Source: Longimicrobiales bacterium
GTDB taxonomy: Bacteria; Gemmatimonadota; Gemmatimonadetes; Longimicrobiales; Gaopeijiaceae
Direction: 5' to 3'
DNA length: 64,000 bases
NCBI GenBank assembly: GCA_965197725.1
Contig: CBDANQ010000059.1
Coordinates: forward strand, 32,001 to 96,000
The first letter of the stretch is position 1. Each line of letters begins with the position of its first letter. The notes under the pieces are model-generated. The model searched no databases and had not been told where the DNA came from. It saw only the letters and a list, made by a program, of their open reading frames with translations. Below, one piece after another: positions 48,561 to 62,501 of this stretch. The position numbers and the translations under genes are program-made.

Positions 48561-51500
48561 TTGGAACTGCGCAAAGACAACCGCCCGATCCTGGATTTTG
48601 CCAAGCTCGGTCGTGTCATGCCGATGCCGAACTTGCTGGACGTTCAGCTCCGCTCGTTCGAGCAACTCGTCGATCCCGACATCAATCCCGACGAGCAGTG
48701 GGATTTCGGGCTCGACCGTGTCTTTTCTGAGATCTTTCCGATCTCGGATGTGAACGACTACTTCACGCTCGAGTTCGTCAGTGCGGCGCTGGGCGAGCCG
48801 AAGTACTCCGTCGAGGAGTGCATCGAGCGTGACATGACGTATGCGGCGCCGCTCAAGGCCACGCTCCGCCTCATCGTCTGGGAGCAGCCGGAACAAGACG
48901 AAGAGGAGAGGAAGAAGCGGCGGAAGAGGAAGAAGAAGGAGCCGCCCCCGGCGGACCGTCGGCCGGTCGACATCATCGAGAAGGAGGTCTATCTCGGCGA
49001 CCTGCCGCTCCTGACCGAGCTCGGCACGTTCATCGTCAACGGCGCCGAGCGCGTCGTGGTGAGCCAATTGCACCGGTCTCCGGGCGTGGTGTTCGAGGAG
49101 AGCATCCACCCGAATGGTACGAAGCTCTACAGCTCTCGGATCATCCCGTTCCGCGGATCATGGGTCGAGTTCACGCTCGACATCAATGACATCTGCTACG
49201 TCCACATCGACAAGAAGAAGAAGTTCCCGGCGACCGCCCTATTGAGGGCGCTAGGCTACGGAACCGACGCGGAGATCTTCCGCCTCTTTTACGACGTGAG
49301 CCAGGTCAAGCTCACCGGGAAGAACGCGACCACGCTCGAGGAGCTCGAGGGCAAGGTCGTTGCCGAGGAGTTCGTCGATCCGGAGACCGGCGAGATCCTC
49401 ATCGAGAACGGCGAGGAGATCGCTGAAGAGGTCAAAGAGATCCTCGAGCGTCTGGGCACGAAGAAGCTCAAGATCTATACGACGGATCGGCAGACGCCTC
49501 GGGGCGACAGCCCCATGATCAAGAACACGATCAAGAAGGACCCGACCGAGAGTGAGGAAGACGCGCTGCACGCGATCTACTCGCTGCTCCGACCGGGTGA
49601 GGCGCCGAACGTCGACACGGCTCGTGCCGCGCTCGAGAGGGTCTTCTTCAGCCCGAAGCGCTACGACCTCGGCCGCGTTGGCCGGTACAAGATCAACCAA
49701 CGGCTGGGCGTGGACATCCCTCCCACACAGACCGTGCTCACCAAAGACGATTTCATCTCCATCGTTCGCCATCTCATCGAGCTCAACGAGGGACGCGGTT
49801 ACACGGATGACATCGATCATCTCGGCAACCGCCGGGTGCGTACCGTCGGTGAGCTCATCGCCAACCAGTTCTCCGTCGGCTTGAGCCGCATGGCGCGCCT
49901 CGTGAAGGAGCGCATGTCGATCAATACCGACCCAGAGAAGGTGAATATCGACGACCTGGTCAACGCGCGGACCGTGTCGGCCGTGATCCAGGCCTTCTTC
50001 GGGTCGTCGCAGCTCAGCCAGTTCATGGACCAGACCAATCCTCTCGCCGAGATGACGCACAAGCGTCGGCTGTCTGCGCTCGGTCCGGGTGGTCTGACGC
50101 GTGAGCGCGCGGGCTTCGAAGTCCGTGACGTGCACTATTCCCACTATGGGCGCATGTGCCCGATCGAGACGCCGGAGGGTCCGAACATCGGGCTCATCAC
50201 GTCGCTCACGACCTACTCGCGGATCAACGATCTCGGCTTTGTCGAGACGCCGTACAGGGTGGTGAACAAGGGCAAGGTCACGAGCAAGATCGAGTGGCTT
50301 TCCGCCAACGAAGAGGAAGATGCCCGCATCGCCCAGGCCAACGCGCCGCTCAGCGACAAGGGAAACTTCTTGAAGGAGTTCGTCCTCTGCCGTGAGAAGG
50401 GTGACTTTCCGCTGCTCCGCCCCAGCGACATCGACTACATGGACGTCTCGCCGGACCAGCTGGTCTCGGTCGCTGCGGCGTTGATTCCGTTCCTGGAGCA
50501 CGACGACGCGAACCGGGCGCTGATGGGCTCGAACATGCAACGCCAGGCGGTGCCGCTCCTCTTCACCGACGCGCCGTACGTGGGCACCGGTCTCGAGGCG
50601 AAAGTGGCATCGGACTCCGGTGCTGTGATCACCGCGCGCCGGGGAGGCAACGTCGTGCACGTCACCGCCGACGAAATCCTGGTCGACACCGGCTCGATAA
50701 AGACCGGCGAGACGGACCAGCCGCTCGCGAGGCTCGTGCGATTCGACCGGTACCGCCTCAAGAAGTTCTGGCGGACCAACCAGGACACCGCGATCAACCA
50801 GCGTCCGCTGGTGTCGATCGGCGAGACCGTCGAGCCTGGCGACATCATCGCGGACGGTCCGAGCACCGATGCCGGCGAGCTCGCTTTGGGCCGCAATGTG
50901 CTCGTCGCGTTCATGCCCTGGTACGGTTCGAACTTCGAGGATGCGATCGTCATCAGTGAAAAGCTGGTGAAGGACGACGTCTTCACCTCGATCCATATCC
51001 AAGAGCTCGAACTGCACGTCCGGGACACCAAGCGCGGAATGGAAGAGATCACGCGCGAACTCCCGAACGTCGCCGAGGAGAGCCTCGTTGATCTCGACGA
51101 GCGCGGCATCGTGCGGATTGGGGCGAGGGTCAAGGCTGGCGACATCCTGTGCGGCAAGATCACGCCGAAGGGCGGGACCGAGCTCTCTCCGGAGGAGAAG
51201 CTGCTCACCGCGATCTTCGGTGAAAAAGCCAAGGACGTGAAGGACTCGTCGCTGCGCGTGCCTCCGGGAATCACGGGCACGATCATCGACGTGAAAATGT
51301 TCTCTCGCCGGATCGACGATCCGCTGCTCGAGAAGGAGCACGGCGCCAAGATCGGTGACTTGCGCACCTTGGAGCGTGAGGAGATCCAGCGCATCTCCGA
51401 CGTGCGTGACGAGGAGCTACGCGGCATCCTCAATCGCCAGACCGTAAGCCTGATGCTCAAGAAGGGCACGGTCGAGCCGCTCTTGAAAGAGGGCACGAAG

Positions 51501-52813
51501 TTCACGAAGGAGAGCATCGAGGAGATCAACTTCAGAAAGGTCGATCTCGCGACGTTCAAGCTTCAGAACAAGGATGCCAGCGAGAGGATCCGGCGGCTCG
51601 TGGGTGAGGCCCAGGGCCGCATCCAGCGGGTCAAGGAGAAGACCGAGGAGCAGATCGACAAGGTCTTCCAGCCGGATGAGCTTCCGCCGGGCGTCGTTCA
51701 GCTCGTGAAAGTCCATGTCGGAGAGAAGAGGAAGATCTCCGTCGGCGACAAGATGGCCGGACGCCACGGGAACAAGGGCATCATCGCCAGGATCGTGCCC
51801 GAAGAGGAGATGCCGTTCCTCCCGGATGGGACCCCGGTCGAGATCGTTCTCAACCCGCTGGGCGTGCCGTCACGCATGAACGTCGGGCAGATTCTGGAGA
51901 CTCACCTCGGATGGGCCGGCAGGGTACTCGGCTTCGAGTCCAAGACTCCGGTATTCCAGGGAGCCACCGAGAACGAAGTCGGCGCGCTTCTCAAGCTTGC
52001 CGGAATGAAATGGGTCACGAATGCTCTGCACGTCGAGGCCCAACCGCCGGTCACCGAGGACGGGATCGAACAGCTAGTGGCCGTTGCCAACTTGCTTCCC
52101 GTCGTCATGGCTGGCGGCGATGAGGGCAACGGCAACGGCACGCACCGGGTGGGGCACACCCATGGTATCGGCCAGTCCCTCGACGCTTACCTGTCGCTCG
52201 AGCTGAGCAAGAAACAGCAGAAGTTCATCGACGACCTCGTAGGGTTCCTGGTCACCGCCGCCGAGGAGATCTCGGCGCGGGCGGACGACAAGATGGCGAA
52301 GCTCTTCCCGGCGATTCAGAAGCTCAAGGGCCGCTCGAACATCAAGTCTGGTCTCGACGACGCGGTCGTCGAGCTCATGGAGTACGCGGAGATCTTGCCC
52401 AACGGAAAGATTCGGCTCCGAGATGGCCGGAGCGGTCGCCCCTTCGACTTTCCGGTCACCGTTGGCTCGGTGTACATGCTCAAGCTCAGCCACCTCGTGG
52501 ATGACAAGATCCACGCGCGCTCGATCGGACCGTATTCGTTGGTTACACAGCAGCCGCTCGCCGGGAAGGCACAATTCGGCGGGCAGCGCTTCGGTGAGAT
52601 GGAGGTGTGGGCGCTCGAGGCGTACGGTGCGGCGCACACGCTACAGGAGATCCTGACCGTCAAGTCGGACGACGTGCAGGGTCGCTCGAAGGTCTACGAG
52701 GCCCTCGTGAAGGGAGACAACATGCCGAAGCCGGGAATTCCGGAGTCGTTCAACGTACTCGTGAAAGAACTTCAGGCCCTCGGCCTGAGCGTAACGCTCG
52801 GGGAGGAAGCGTA

Positions 52814-52814
<1 letters not shown>
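48561..52814 (+). CDS. rpoB: RNA polymerase beta subunit
   Basis: [25 protein letters not shown] and [17 protein letters not shown] motifs. Confidence 0.99.
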
Positions 52815-57100
<4,286 letters not shown>

Positions 57101-57128
57101 ACGGGTCCCGGGCGGGCCGCTGGTCTCC

Positions 57129-58043
57129 GTGATCATGCCCTGCCGAAACGGAATGCCCTTCGTGGGTCACGCCGTTGAGCGCGTCCTGGCTCAGAAAGCG
57201 CCCCTGGAACTTCTGTTCGTGAATGTGGGCTCCACCGACGGCAGCCTGCAGGAGGTCTCTTCGATCGACGACGATCGAATCCGAGTGATCGAGGCACCGG
57301 CCGGCACGGCTCCCGGGCGTGCGCGCAACCTCGCGGCCCGGCAGGCCCATGGTGACGTACTGGCCTTCGCGGACGCCGACGATCTCTGGCGGCCGGACAA
57401 GCTCGAGCGCCAACTGCGCCTCAGGTCGGAATCCGGCGCGGCGCTCGTATACAGCGACTGCCGGGTGATCGACGGTGCCGGCCGGTTGCTCGGGGCCTAC
57501 CTCAGCCGTCATCGTCCGACGGAGGGGACCGTCACGGACCGGCTCCTCGAGGAGAACTTCGTCCCGCTCTCGACGGTTCTCGTGGACCGCACGGCGTTCG
57601 AGGGTGTGGGCGGGTTCCATGAGGGCTTCCGTGTAGCGTGCGACTACCTGTTCGCGATTCGTCTCTCGCTTCGCGCCGCCTTCGCCCTCGATCCAGAGAC
57701 TCTGGTGGACTACAGAATCCACGACCGAAATCTGACAGCGGACTTCCGGCGCACTTATGCCGAGAATGTCCGTGTCTTCGACCTGTTGCTGGCGGACGAC
57801 GTGGCGAGCTTCGGGGCCGCGTGCCTCCGGAGGGGTCGCAGCCTCGTCCTCTGGCGCTGGGCCATCCGGGAGGGGATGGCTGGGCCGGCGGCATGGACTG
57901 AGGCCGGGCAGCGAGCCGGCGAGGCGCTCCGGTCGGTCGGCCCCGCGACGGGCGTCGCCACGCTTGCCTCTGCGGTCCGCGGCGGCCTGCGCGGCCTTCC
58001 GCTCCGCATCCGGATGGCTCGCGCCCGAGGAAACACCAGGTGA
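57129..58043 (+). CDS. GT2 family glycosyltransferase
   Basis: PLVSVIMP, GSTDGS, ARNLA, AFADADDLWRPDKLERQL and YRIH motifs. Start uncertain: homology begins before the first GTG/ATG. Confidence 0.88.
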   Translation: MIMPCRNGMPFVGHAVERVLAQKAPLELLFVNVGSTDGSLQEVSSIDDDRIRVIEAPAGTAPGRARNLAARQAHGDVLAFADADDLWRPDKLERQLRLRSESGAALVYSDCRVIDGAGRLLGAYLSRHRPTEGTVTDRLLEENFVPLSTVLVDRTAFEGVGGFHEGFRVACDYLFAIRLSLRAAFALDPETLVDYRIHDRNLTADFRRTYAENVRVFDLLLADDVASFGAACLRRGRSLVLWRWAIREGMAGPAAWTEAGQRAGEALRSVGPATGVATLASAVRGGLRGLPLRIRMARARGNTR

Positions 58044-58876
58044 AGAAGGTTCGCTTCAGCGTCGATGGCGCCGTTGTGGAGGTCGAGATCGACGATCCGG
58101 CGGAGGCTGAACGCGTCGCCGCGCTCTTCCCGACGTACGTCGTGGAGCTGGAGGACTCCGAACCGCAGGCTTTGATTTCGGTGCAGACCGATGCGGATGG
58201 CGGCACGGTTCGCTCCGGCGACCGTATTCAGCGGTATGAATGGAAGAGCGACCTGCTCTCCGGCGTCGAGTTCGAGGCGAACCAGCGTCTGCTTGCCACC
58301 CAGGCGGGGTACGTGCACTTGCACGCGTCGGGCGCGGTGGTGGACGGAAGTGCCGTTATCGCCGTCGGGCAGTCCGGTTCTGGCAAGTCCAACATGGCGA
58401 TGGCGTGGCACCGGGCGGGCTACCGTTTGCTTGGGGACGACGCCGTCCTGCTCGGGAACGACGGCAAGGTGCGAAGTTTTGCGCGGCTGATAAAACTGGA
58501 CGTGGACCGCGCCAGTGCCTTCGGGGTCGAGGTCGAGCGCACTCTGGCGTTCGACTCGACCTCTGCCGAGATCTGGTATGATCCGTCCGATGGTGCGGGT
58601 TGGGCGACAGACTTGGTCCCACTTCGGACCGTGGCGTGGGTCCGTTGGCGGCCAGGGTCGCGGCTGAGGGTACGCCGCCTGGAGCCGGCGGAGTCACTCA
58701 ATCGGATGATTAGCGAGCTCTTCAAGACCGGGCTCGGGCCCGCGGAAGCCATGCCGGCTCTCGCGCGCGTGGCTTCCGAGGCAGAACTGTTGGAGGTCGA
58801 GTTCGAGGACGCCGTGGAAGCGGCAGCCGTCTTGGCCTGTGTCGCTTCCGTCTCTAGCAGTCCGTGGAAGAAATAG
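58040..58876 (+). CDS. HPr-kinase-related P-loop kinase
   Basis: LHASGAVVDG, Walker A GQSGSGKS, LLGDDAVLL; GTGA overlap with the GT2 stop. Confidence 0.85.
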   Translation: MKKVRFSVDGAVVEVEIDDPAEAERVAALFPTYVVELEDSEPQALISVQTDADGGTVRSGDRIQRYEWKSDLLSGVEFEANQRLLATQAGYVHLHASGAVVDGSAVIAVGQSGSGKSNMAMAWHRAGYRLLGDDAVLLGNDGKVRSFARLIKLDVDRASAFGVEVERTLAFDSTSAEIWYDPSDGAGWATDLVPLRTVAWVRWRPGSRLRVRRLEPAESLNRMISELFKTGLGPAEAMPALARVASEAELLEVEFEDAVEAAAVLACVASVSSSPWKK

Positions 58877-58887
58877 GTTCCCAGCGG

Positions 58888-59964
58888 ATGATGGGTGGGA
58901 GAGAAGGCAGACACGAGCTCGGTATACGGGGCATCCTGAGTCGAATGCTCGGCTCGCGCATGCCGCCGGCCTCGGAGGGAGAGCGGGTGTACGGGCTGCT
59001 CTGGGACGAGACGCTCCTGGAGGCGCGCGCCGACGTGGGGCGGTTGCTCGGCACTCATGAGATCCCCTACCTCATGTACAAAGGTGGGGCGCTGTTGGGT
59101 GAGCAGTACCGGACCGGTGACGTACTGATGGTCGATCTGGACGTGCTGGTTCCGCTCGTTGCGTGCGAACGGGCGGCGGCGGCCTTCGAGGCCGAGGGTT
59201 GGCGAAAGAAGGACCCGGTGGGCGGCCCGGCGCTGCCAGGCGCACCCGGCGCTGTCTTCGCCCGCCCGTTCGCCGACGGGGCGTTCAGCGCTCTGGATGT
59301 GGACGTACACTGGCGAGTCGCCCCGGTCGACCGGCTATTCCCCTGGCGTGGTGAGCCAATTCCAGAGGAGGTCTGGCGATCCGCCGTGCGTGCGGGTTCC
59401 GCGCCGGTCCCGCGCACGGGGCACCACGCCGCCATGCTCGTGCACCACCTGGTGCGACACGACTTCCTCCACTTCCGCAGCGTGTTCGATCTGGTTCAGC
59501 TGTGGCCGGCGCTGCTCGCTCCCGAGGAGAGTGCTGCTTTCGCCTCCCTCGCGGCCAGCTTCGGAGTATCTCGCGCGGCCGGCTGGCTGTGTCGGGCACT
59601 CGAGGTCGACCTCCGACTCGAAGCGCTTGGCTCGCAGGCGCCACGGTCTCCTTCCGCGCGCGCTCCGAGCAGCCTCCGCTCCGTGCTATCGCTCGTAGGT
59701 CTGGCGCTCGATGCATCGAACCGCGACCTCGAGGCCATGACGTTCTCGCGGGGGCTCCGGCGCCTGAGGACGGTGGATCGTCCGCTACGTGCGTCGCGCA
59801 CGCTCTTGATGGACGCGCTGGCTCCGCCGGATGAGTATCTTCGATGGCGATGGCCCGGTACGCGGGCCCCGGTACGGCGACTCAACCACCTGGGTCGGTT
59901 GCTCGGACGGCTGATCGAAGACGACCTGACTTCCCCCCTCCCGGACGATGCCCCGGAGATTTGA
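58888..59964 (+). CDS. Nucleotidyltransferase (NTP_transf_5-like)
   Basis: YKGGALL...Y, DLDVLVP, DVDVHW and HHLVRH...DL motifs. Start at 58864 or 58888. Confidence 0.82.
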   Translation: MMGGREGRHELGIRGILSRMLGSRMPPASEGERVYGLLWDETLLEARADVGRLLGTHEIPYLMYKGGALLGEQYRTGDVLMVDLDVLVPLVACERAAAAFEAEGWRKKDPVGGPALPGAPGAVFARPFADGAFSALDVDVHWRVAPVDRLFPWRGEPIPEEVWRSAVRAGSAPVPRTGHHAAMLVHHLVRHDFLHFRSVFDLVQLWPALLAPEESAAFASLAASFGVSRAAGWLCRALEVDLRLEALGSQAPRSPSARAPSSLRSVLSLVGLALDASNRDLEAMTFSRGLRRLRTVDRPLRASRTLLMDALAPPDEYLRWRWPGTRAPVRRLNHLGRLLGRLIEDDLTSPLPDDAPEI

Positions 59965-60230
59965 TGAGCGCGACGCCCAAGGCCAGAGAGGACGTGGTGT
60001 TCCGACCCCTTGCGGACGAGTGGGTCCTGTTCGACCCCCGCCGTCATCTGCTGCACGTGCTCAACCTCACCGCGGCTTTGGTCTGGACCCACTGCGACGG
60101 GGAGACCTCGCTGGAGGCGCTCGTCGAGGAAGTGGAGTCCGCGTTCACGGATCCGCCACCACGCAGCGACCTCGTCCGAGACGTGGACGAGGCTCTGCAG
60201 CGCTTCCGTAACGAGGAGCTCTTTCTGTGA
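59964..60230 (+). CDS. PqqD-family / RiPP recognition element (RRE) protein
   Basis: 88 aa: VVFRPLADEWVLFD...HVLNLTAALVWTHCDG...LVRDVDEALQRF; ATG overlaps the upstream TGA. Confidence 0.9.
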   Translation: MSATPKAREDVVFRPLADEWVLFDPRRHLLHVLNLTAALVWTHCDGETSLEALVEEVESAFTDPPPRSDLVRDVDEALQRFRNEELFL

Positions 60231-60958
60231 GCCTCGGCCACTACGTGAGCATGCTCGGAGACCGTCGCCGCATCGAGGGCTTCCAGCAGGGCCTGGCTAG
60301 TGCAGTCCATCCGGGCGACAACGTGCTGGACGTGGGCACCGGGCTGGGGACCTATGCGTTCTTCGCTGCCCAGGCGGGCGCGGGGCACGTATGGGCGGTG
60401 GACCGCGATCCCGTGATCCATGCGGCTGCCATGGTGTGCAAGGCCAACGGCTTCGACGACCGCATCACGTTCTTGCGGGGCGAGATATCTGAGGTCGAGC
60501 TTCCGGAGCCGGCCGACCTGGTGGTCTTCGAGGACTTTCCGATCCGCCTGTTCGACGACCGGACATGGTGCCTCGTGCGGGACGTCCTGGGCAAGCACCT
60601 TCGGCCGGGTGGGCGCGTCTTTCCAACACGGATGCGCCTGAACCTCGGCTTGGCGGCCGGTCCCGAGCCCGAGGCATTGGTGGCGCTCGGCGAGGAGGAC
60701 GCGGTCTGGGGGCAGACGCTTCTGCCGGTATCTCCTCCGCTAAAGGTTCCCGCGCGGGGACAGGTGCGGGCCAGTGTGCGCCCGGAGCCCCTTCCCGACG
60801 GGGCTCCTGGGTGGCTCTCGTGGGCCGTCGAGTATGGAGTCGAGGCGCGCAACGGACACGAGTTCGCGGCAGAACCCTCTTCACTTGAGGACCTCTACGG
60901 CGATATCTTGGGTATGAAGGCCGCCGAGACCCTCCCCTCGAGGGAGATCGTGCCATGA
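60227..60958 (+). CDS. Class I SAM-dependent methyltransferase, PRMT-like
   Basis: HYVSMLGDRRR, VLDVGTGLG, AAQAGAGHVWAVD, ANGFDDRITFLRG, VELPEPADLVVFE and VWGQ motifs. Confidence 0.85.
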   Translation: MSLGHYVSMLGDRRRIEGFQQGLASAVHPGDNVLDVGTGLGTYAFFAAQAGAGHVWAVDRDPVIHAAAMVCKANGFDDRITFLRGEISEVELPEPADLVVFEDFPIRLFDDRTWCLVRDVLGKHLRPGGRVFPTRMRLNLGLAAGPEPEALVALGEEDAVWGQTLLPVSPPLKVPARGQVRASVRPEPLPDGAPGWLSWAVEYGVEARNGHEFAAEPSSLEDLYGDILGMKAAETLPSREIVP

Positions 60959-61224
60959 CCGATCAGAGCCGTAAAGAGTTCTTGAAGAAGCTCGCACAGG
61001 GGAGCATCTACGCCGCTCCCGTCGTGTCGACGCTGCTGGCTCCTCGCCCGGCGAGCGGAGGGGGGCCGGGCTCCCCGATGATGATGATGGGCATGGGCGG
61101 CATGGGTATGGGCATGGGCGGCATGGGCATGGGCGGCATGGGCATGGGCGGCATGGGCATGGGCATGCCCCAGCAGCGGAATCTGCCGGATGCACCCTGG
61201 TTCAAGCCTCGTCCCGGTCGCTGA
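60955..61224 (+). CDS. Putative precursor/substrate peptide with Tat-like/YxxP leader and Met/Gly-rich core
   Basis: ATGA-coupled to the methyltransferase; SRKEFLKK...IYAAPVVSTL leader; residues 42-71 are only M and G. Confidence 0.8.
   Translation: MTDQSRKEFLKKLAQGSIYAAPVVSTLLAPRPASGGGPGSPMMMMGMGGMGMGMGGMGMGGMGMGGMGMGMPQQRNLPDAPWFKPRPGR
61078..61167 (+). repeat. Coding microsatellite (atg)4 followed by ggcatg/ggcggcatg repeats
   Basis: Encodes MMMMGMGGMGMGMGGMGMGGMGMGGMGMGM (15 Met, 15 Gly). Confidence 0.95.
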
Positions 61225-61310
61225 GGGCCGCGGCCTCGGGGCCGCGAAGCTCACTACGATATAGGCCTCCGGAGGGCCGCTGTCGCTAACGGACCACTAC
61301 CCCGAACCCG

Positions 61311-61338
61311 TTGACACCCCCAGTACCCCCCTTACCTT
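61311..61338 (+). promoter_or_regulatory. Candidate sigma70 promoter of the str operon
   Basis: TTGACA-16 bp-TACCTT, about 95 bp upstream of rpsL. Confidence 0.6.
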
Positions 61339-61391
61339 TCTATGCTCTAGTCGGACCAGCGATTCGCAACGACAGCGAAGAGCCAAATACG

Positions 61392-61415
61392 ACGCGCCGA
61401 CAGGCGCGTTTTTTT
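61392..61415 (+). terminator. Terminator-like hairpin in the rpsL leader
   Basis: acgcgcc-gaca-ggcgcgt followed by T6. Confidence 0.5.
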
Positions 61416-61431
61416 CACGATCAGAGGGCAA

Positions 61432-61803
61432 ATGCCGACGATCAACCAGCTCGTGAGGAAGGGCCGCAAGGCTGTGCACAAGAAGAACAAAGCGCCGGCC
61501 CTTCAGCAGAACCCGCAGAAGCGCGGTGTCTGCACTCGCGTGTATACGACGACTCCGAAGAAGCCGAACTCGGCGCTTCGGAAAGTTGCTCGTGTGCGGC
61601 TCACGAGCGGGTACGAGGTCACCGCGTACATCGGGGGTGAGGGACACAACCTCCAGGAGCACTCGATCGTGCTCATCCGTGGCGGCCGGGTGAAGGACCT
61701 TCCGGGTGTTCGGTACCACATCATCCGTGGTACGCTGGATACGTCAGGGGTCGGCGATCGTCGCCAGGGACGCTCCAAATACGGGGCCAAACGGCCCAAA
61801 TAA
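61432..61803 (+). CDS. rpsL: 30S ribosomal protein S12
   Basis: [22 protein letters not shown] and [13 protein letters not shown] motifs. Confidence 0.99.
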   Translation: MPTINQLVRKGRKAVHKKNKAPALQQNPQKRGVCTRVYTTTPKKPNSALRKVARVRLTSGYEVTAYIGGEGHNLQEHSIVLIRGGRVKDLPGVRYHIIRGTLDTSGVGDRRQGRSKYGAKRPK

Positions 61804-61814
61804 GGCAAGAATAG

Positions 61815-62285
61815 ATGAGCCGTCGTTCCCGGGCTGAAAAGAGGGAGACGCCTCCCGATCCGCGCTTCGAGTCGCGCACCGTCACCAAGTTCATCAACAA
61901 CTTGATGCTGGGCGGCAAGAAGTCGGTCGCCGAGAAGATCTTCTACGACGCGGTCGAGATTCTCGAGCAGCGAACCGGTCAGCCGGGGGTGCAGGTGTTC
62001 GAGCAGGCGCTGACCAACGCCAAACCGGCGCTCGAGGTGAAGAGCCGCCGCGTCGGTGGCGCGACGTACCAGGTGCCGATCGAGGTTCGACCGGAGCGCC
62101 GCGCCGCGTTGGCGACGCGCTGGCTGATTTCATACGCGCGCGGCCGTTCGGAAAAGAGTATGTCCGAGCGGCTCGCCGCGGAGCTTCTCGCCGCGAGCCG
62201 CGGTGAGGGCACGACGATCAAGAAGAAGGACGACACGCACCGGATGGCTGAGGCGAACAAGGCGTTCGCGCACTACCGCTGGTAG
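61815..62285 (+). CDS. rpsG: 30S ribosomal protein S7
   Basis: [12 protein letters not shown] and [15 protein letters not shown] motifs. Confidence 0.99.
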   Translation: MSRRSRAEKRETPPDPRFESRTVTKFINNLMLGGKKSVAEKIFYDAVEILEQRTGQPGVQVFEQALTNAKPALEVKSRRVGGATYQVPIEVRPERRAALATRWLISYARGRSEKSMSERLAAELLAASRGEGTTIKKKDDTHRMAEANKAFAHYRW

Positions 62286-62381
62286 CGATCGACGAATAGG
62301 ACCGCGCCGCCGGCATGGGGTGTAAAGACAACTTGGGACGCGATGGCCCTCGTTCTTCGGGAACCGGGGCCCTCTCCGATC

Positions 62382-62444
62382 AAAGGAGCGCGGACGACTG
62401 TGGGCCCTCAGGGGCCGCAGCTGCAGGAGCCGCGCTCCTTTTTT
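62382..62444 (+). terminator. Long hairpin with U-tract between rpsG and fusA (terminator/attenuator-like)
   Basis: aaaggagcgcgg (62382-62393) pairs with ccgcgctccttt (62430-62441) around an inner stem; the 3' arm ends in T6. Confidence 0.5.
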
Positions 62445-62501
62445 ACGCCCCATGACGCAACGACGGACGGAATGCACAGGGACAGAGAAGGACTTAGATA
62501 G

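Noticed and set aside
59964..60230. PQQ biosynthesis locus
   Set aside because: No pqqB/C/E and no ExxxY PqqA peptide; the PqqD fold is better read as a generic RRE.
61078..61167. GroEL C-terminal GGM-tail fragment
   Set aside because: No chaperonin sequence upstream; the tract is internal to a distinct small ORF.
57129..61224. Classical lasso peptide cluster
   Set aside because: No lasso cyclase or B2 peptidase in the window, and the putative core has no Asp/Glu at ring position 7-9.
60895..61254. Minus-strand His/Ala (HAHAAH) and Cys/Pro (CPCRP) repeat ORFs that look like metal-binding peptides
   Set aside because: They are alternative readings of the Met/Gly microsatellite; only the plus-strand ORF is coupled to the operon and has a leader-like N-terminus.
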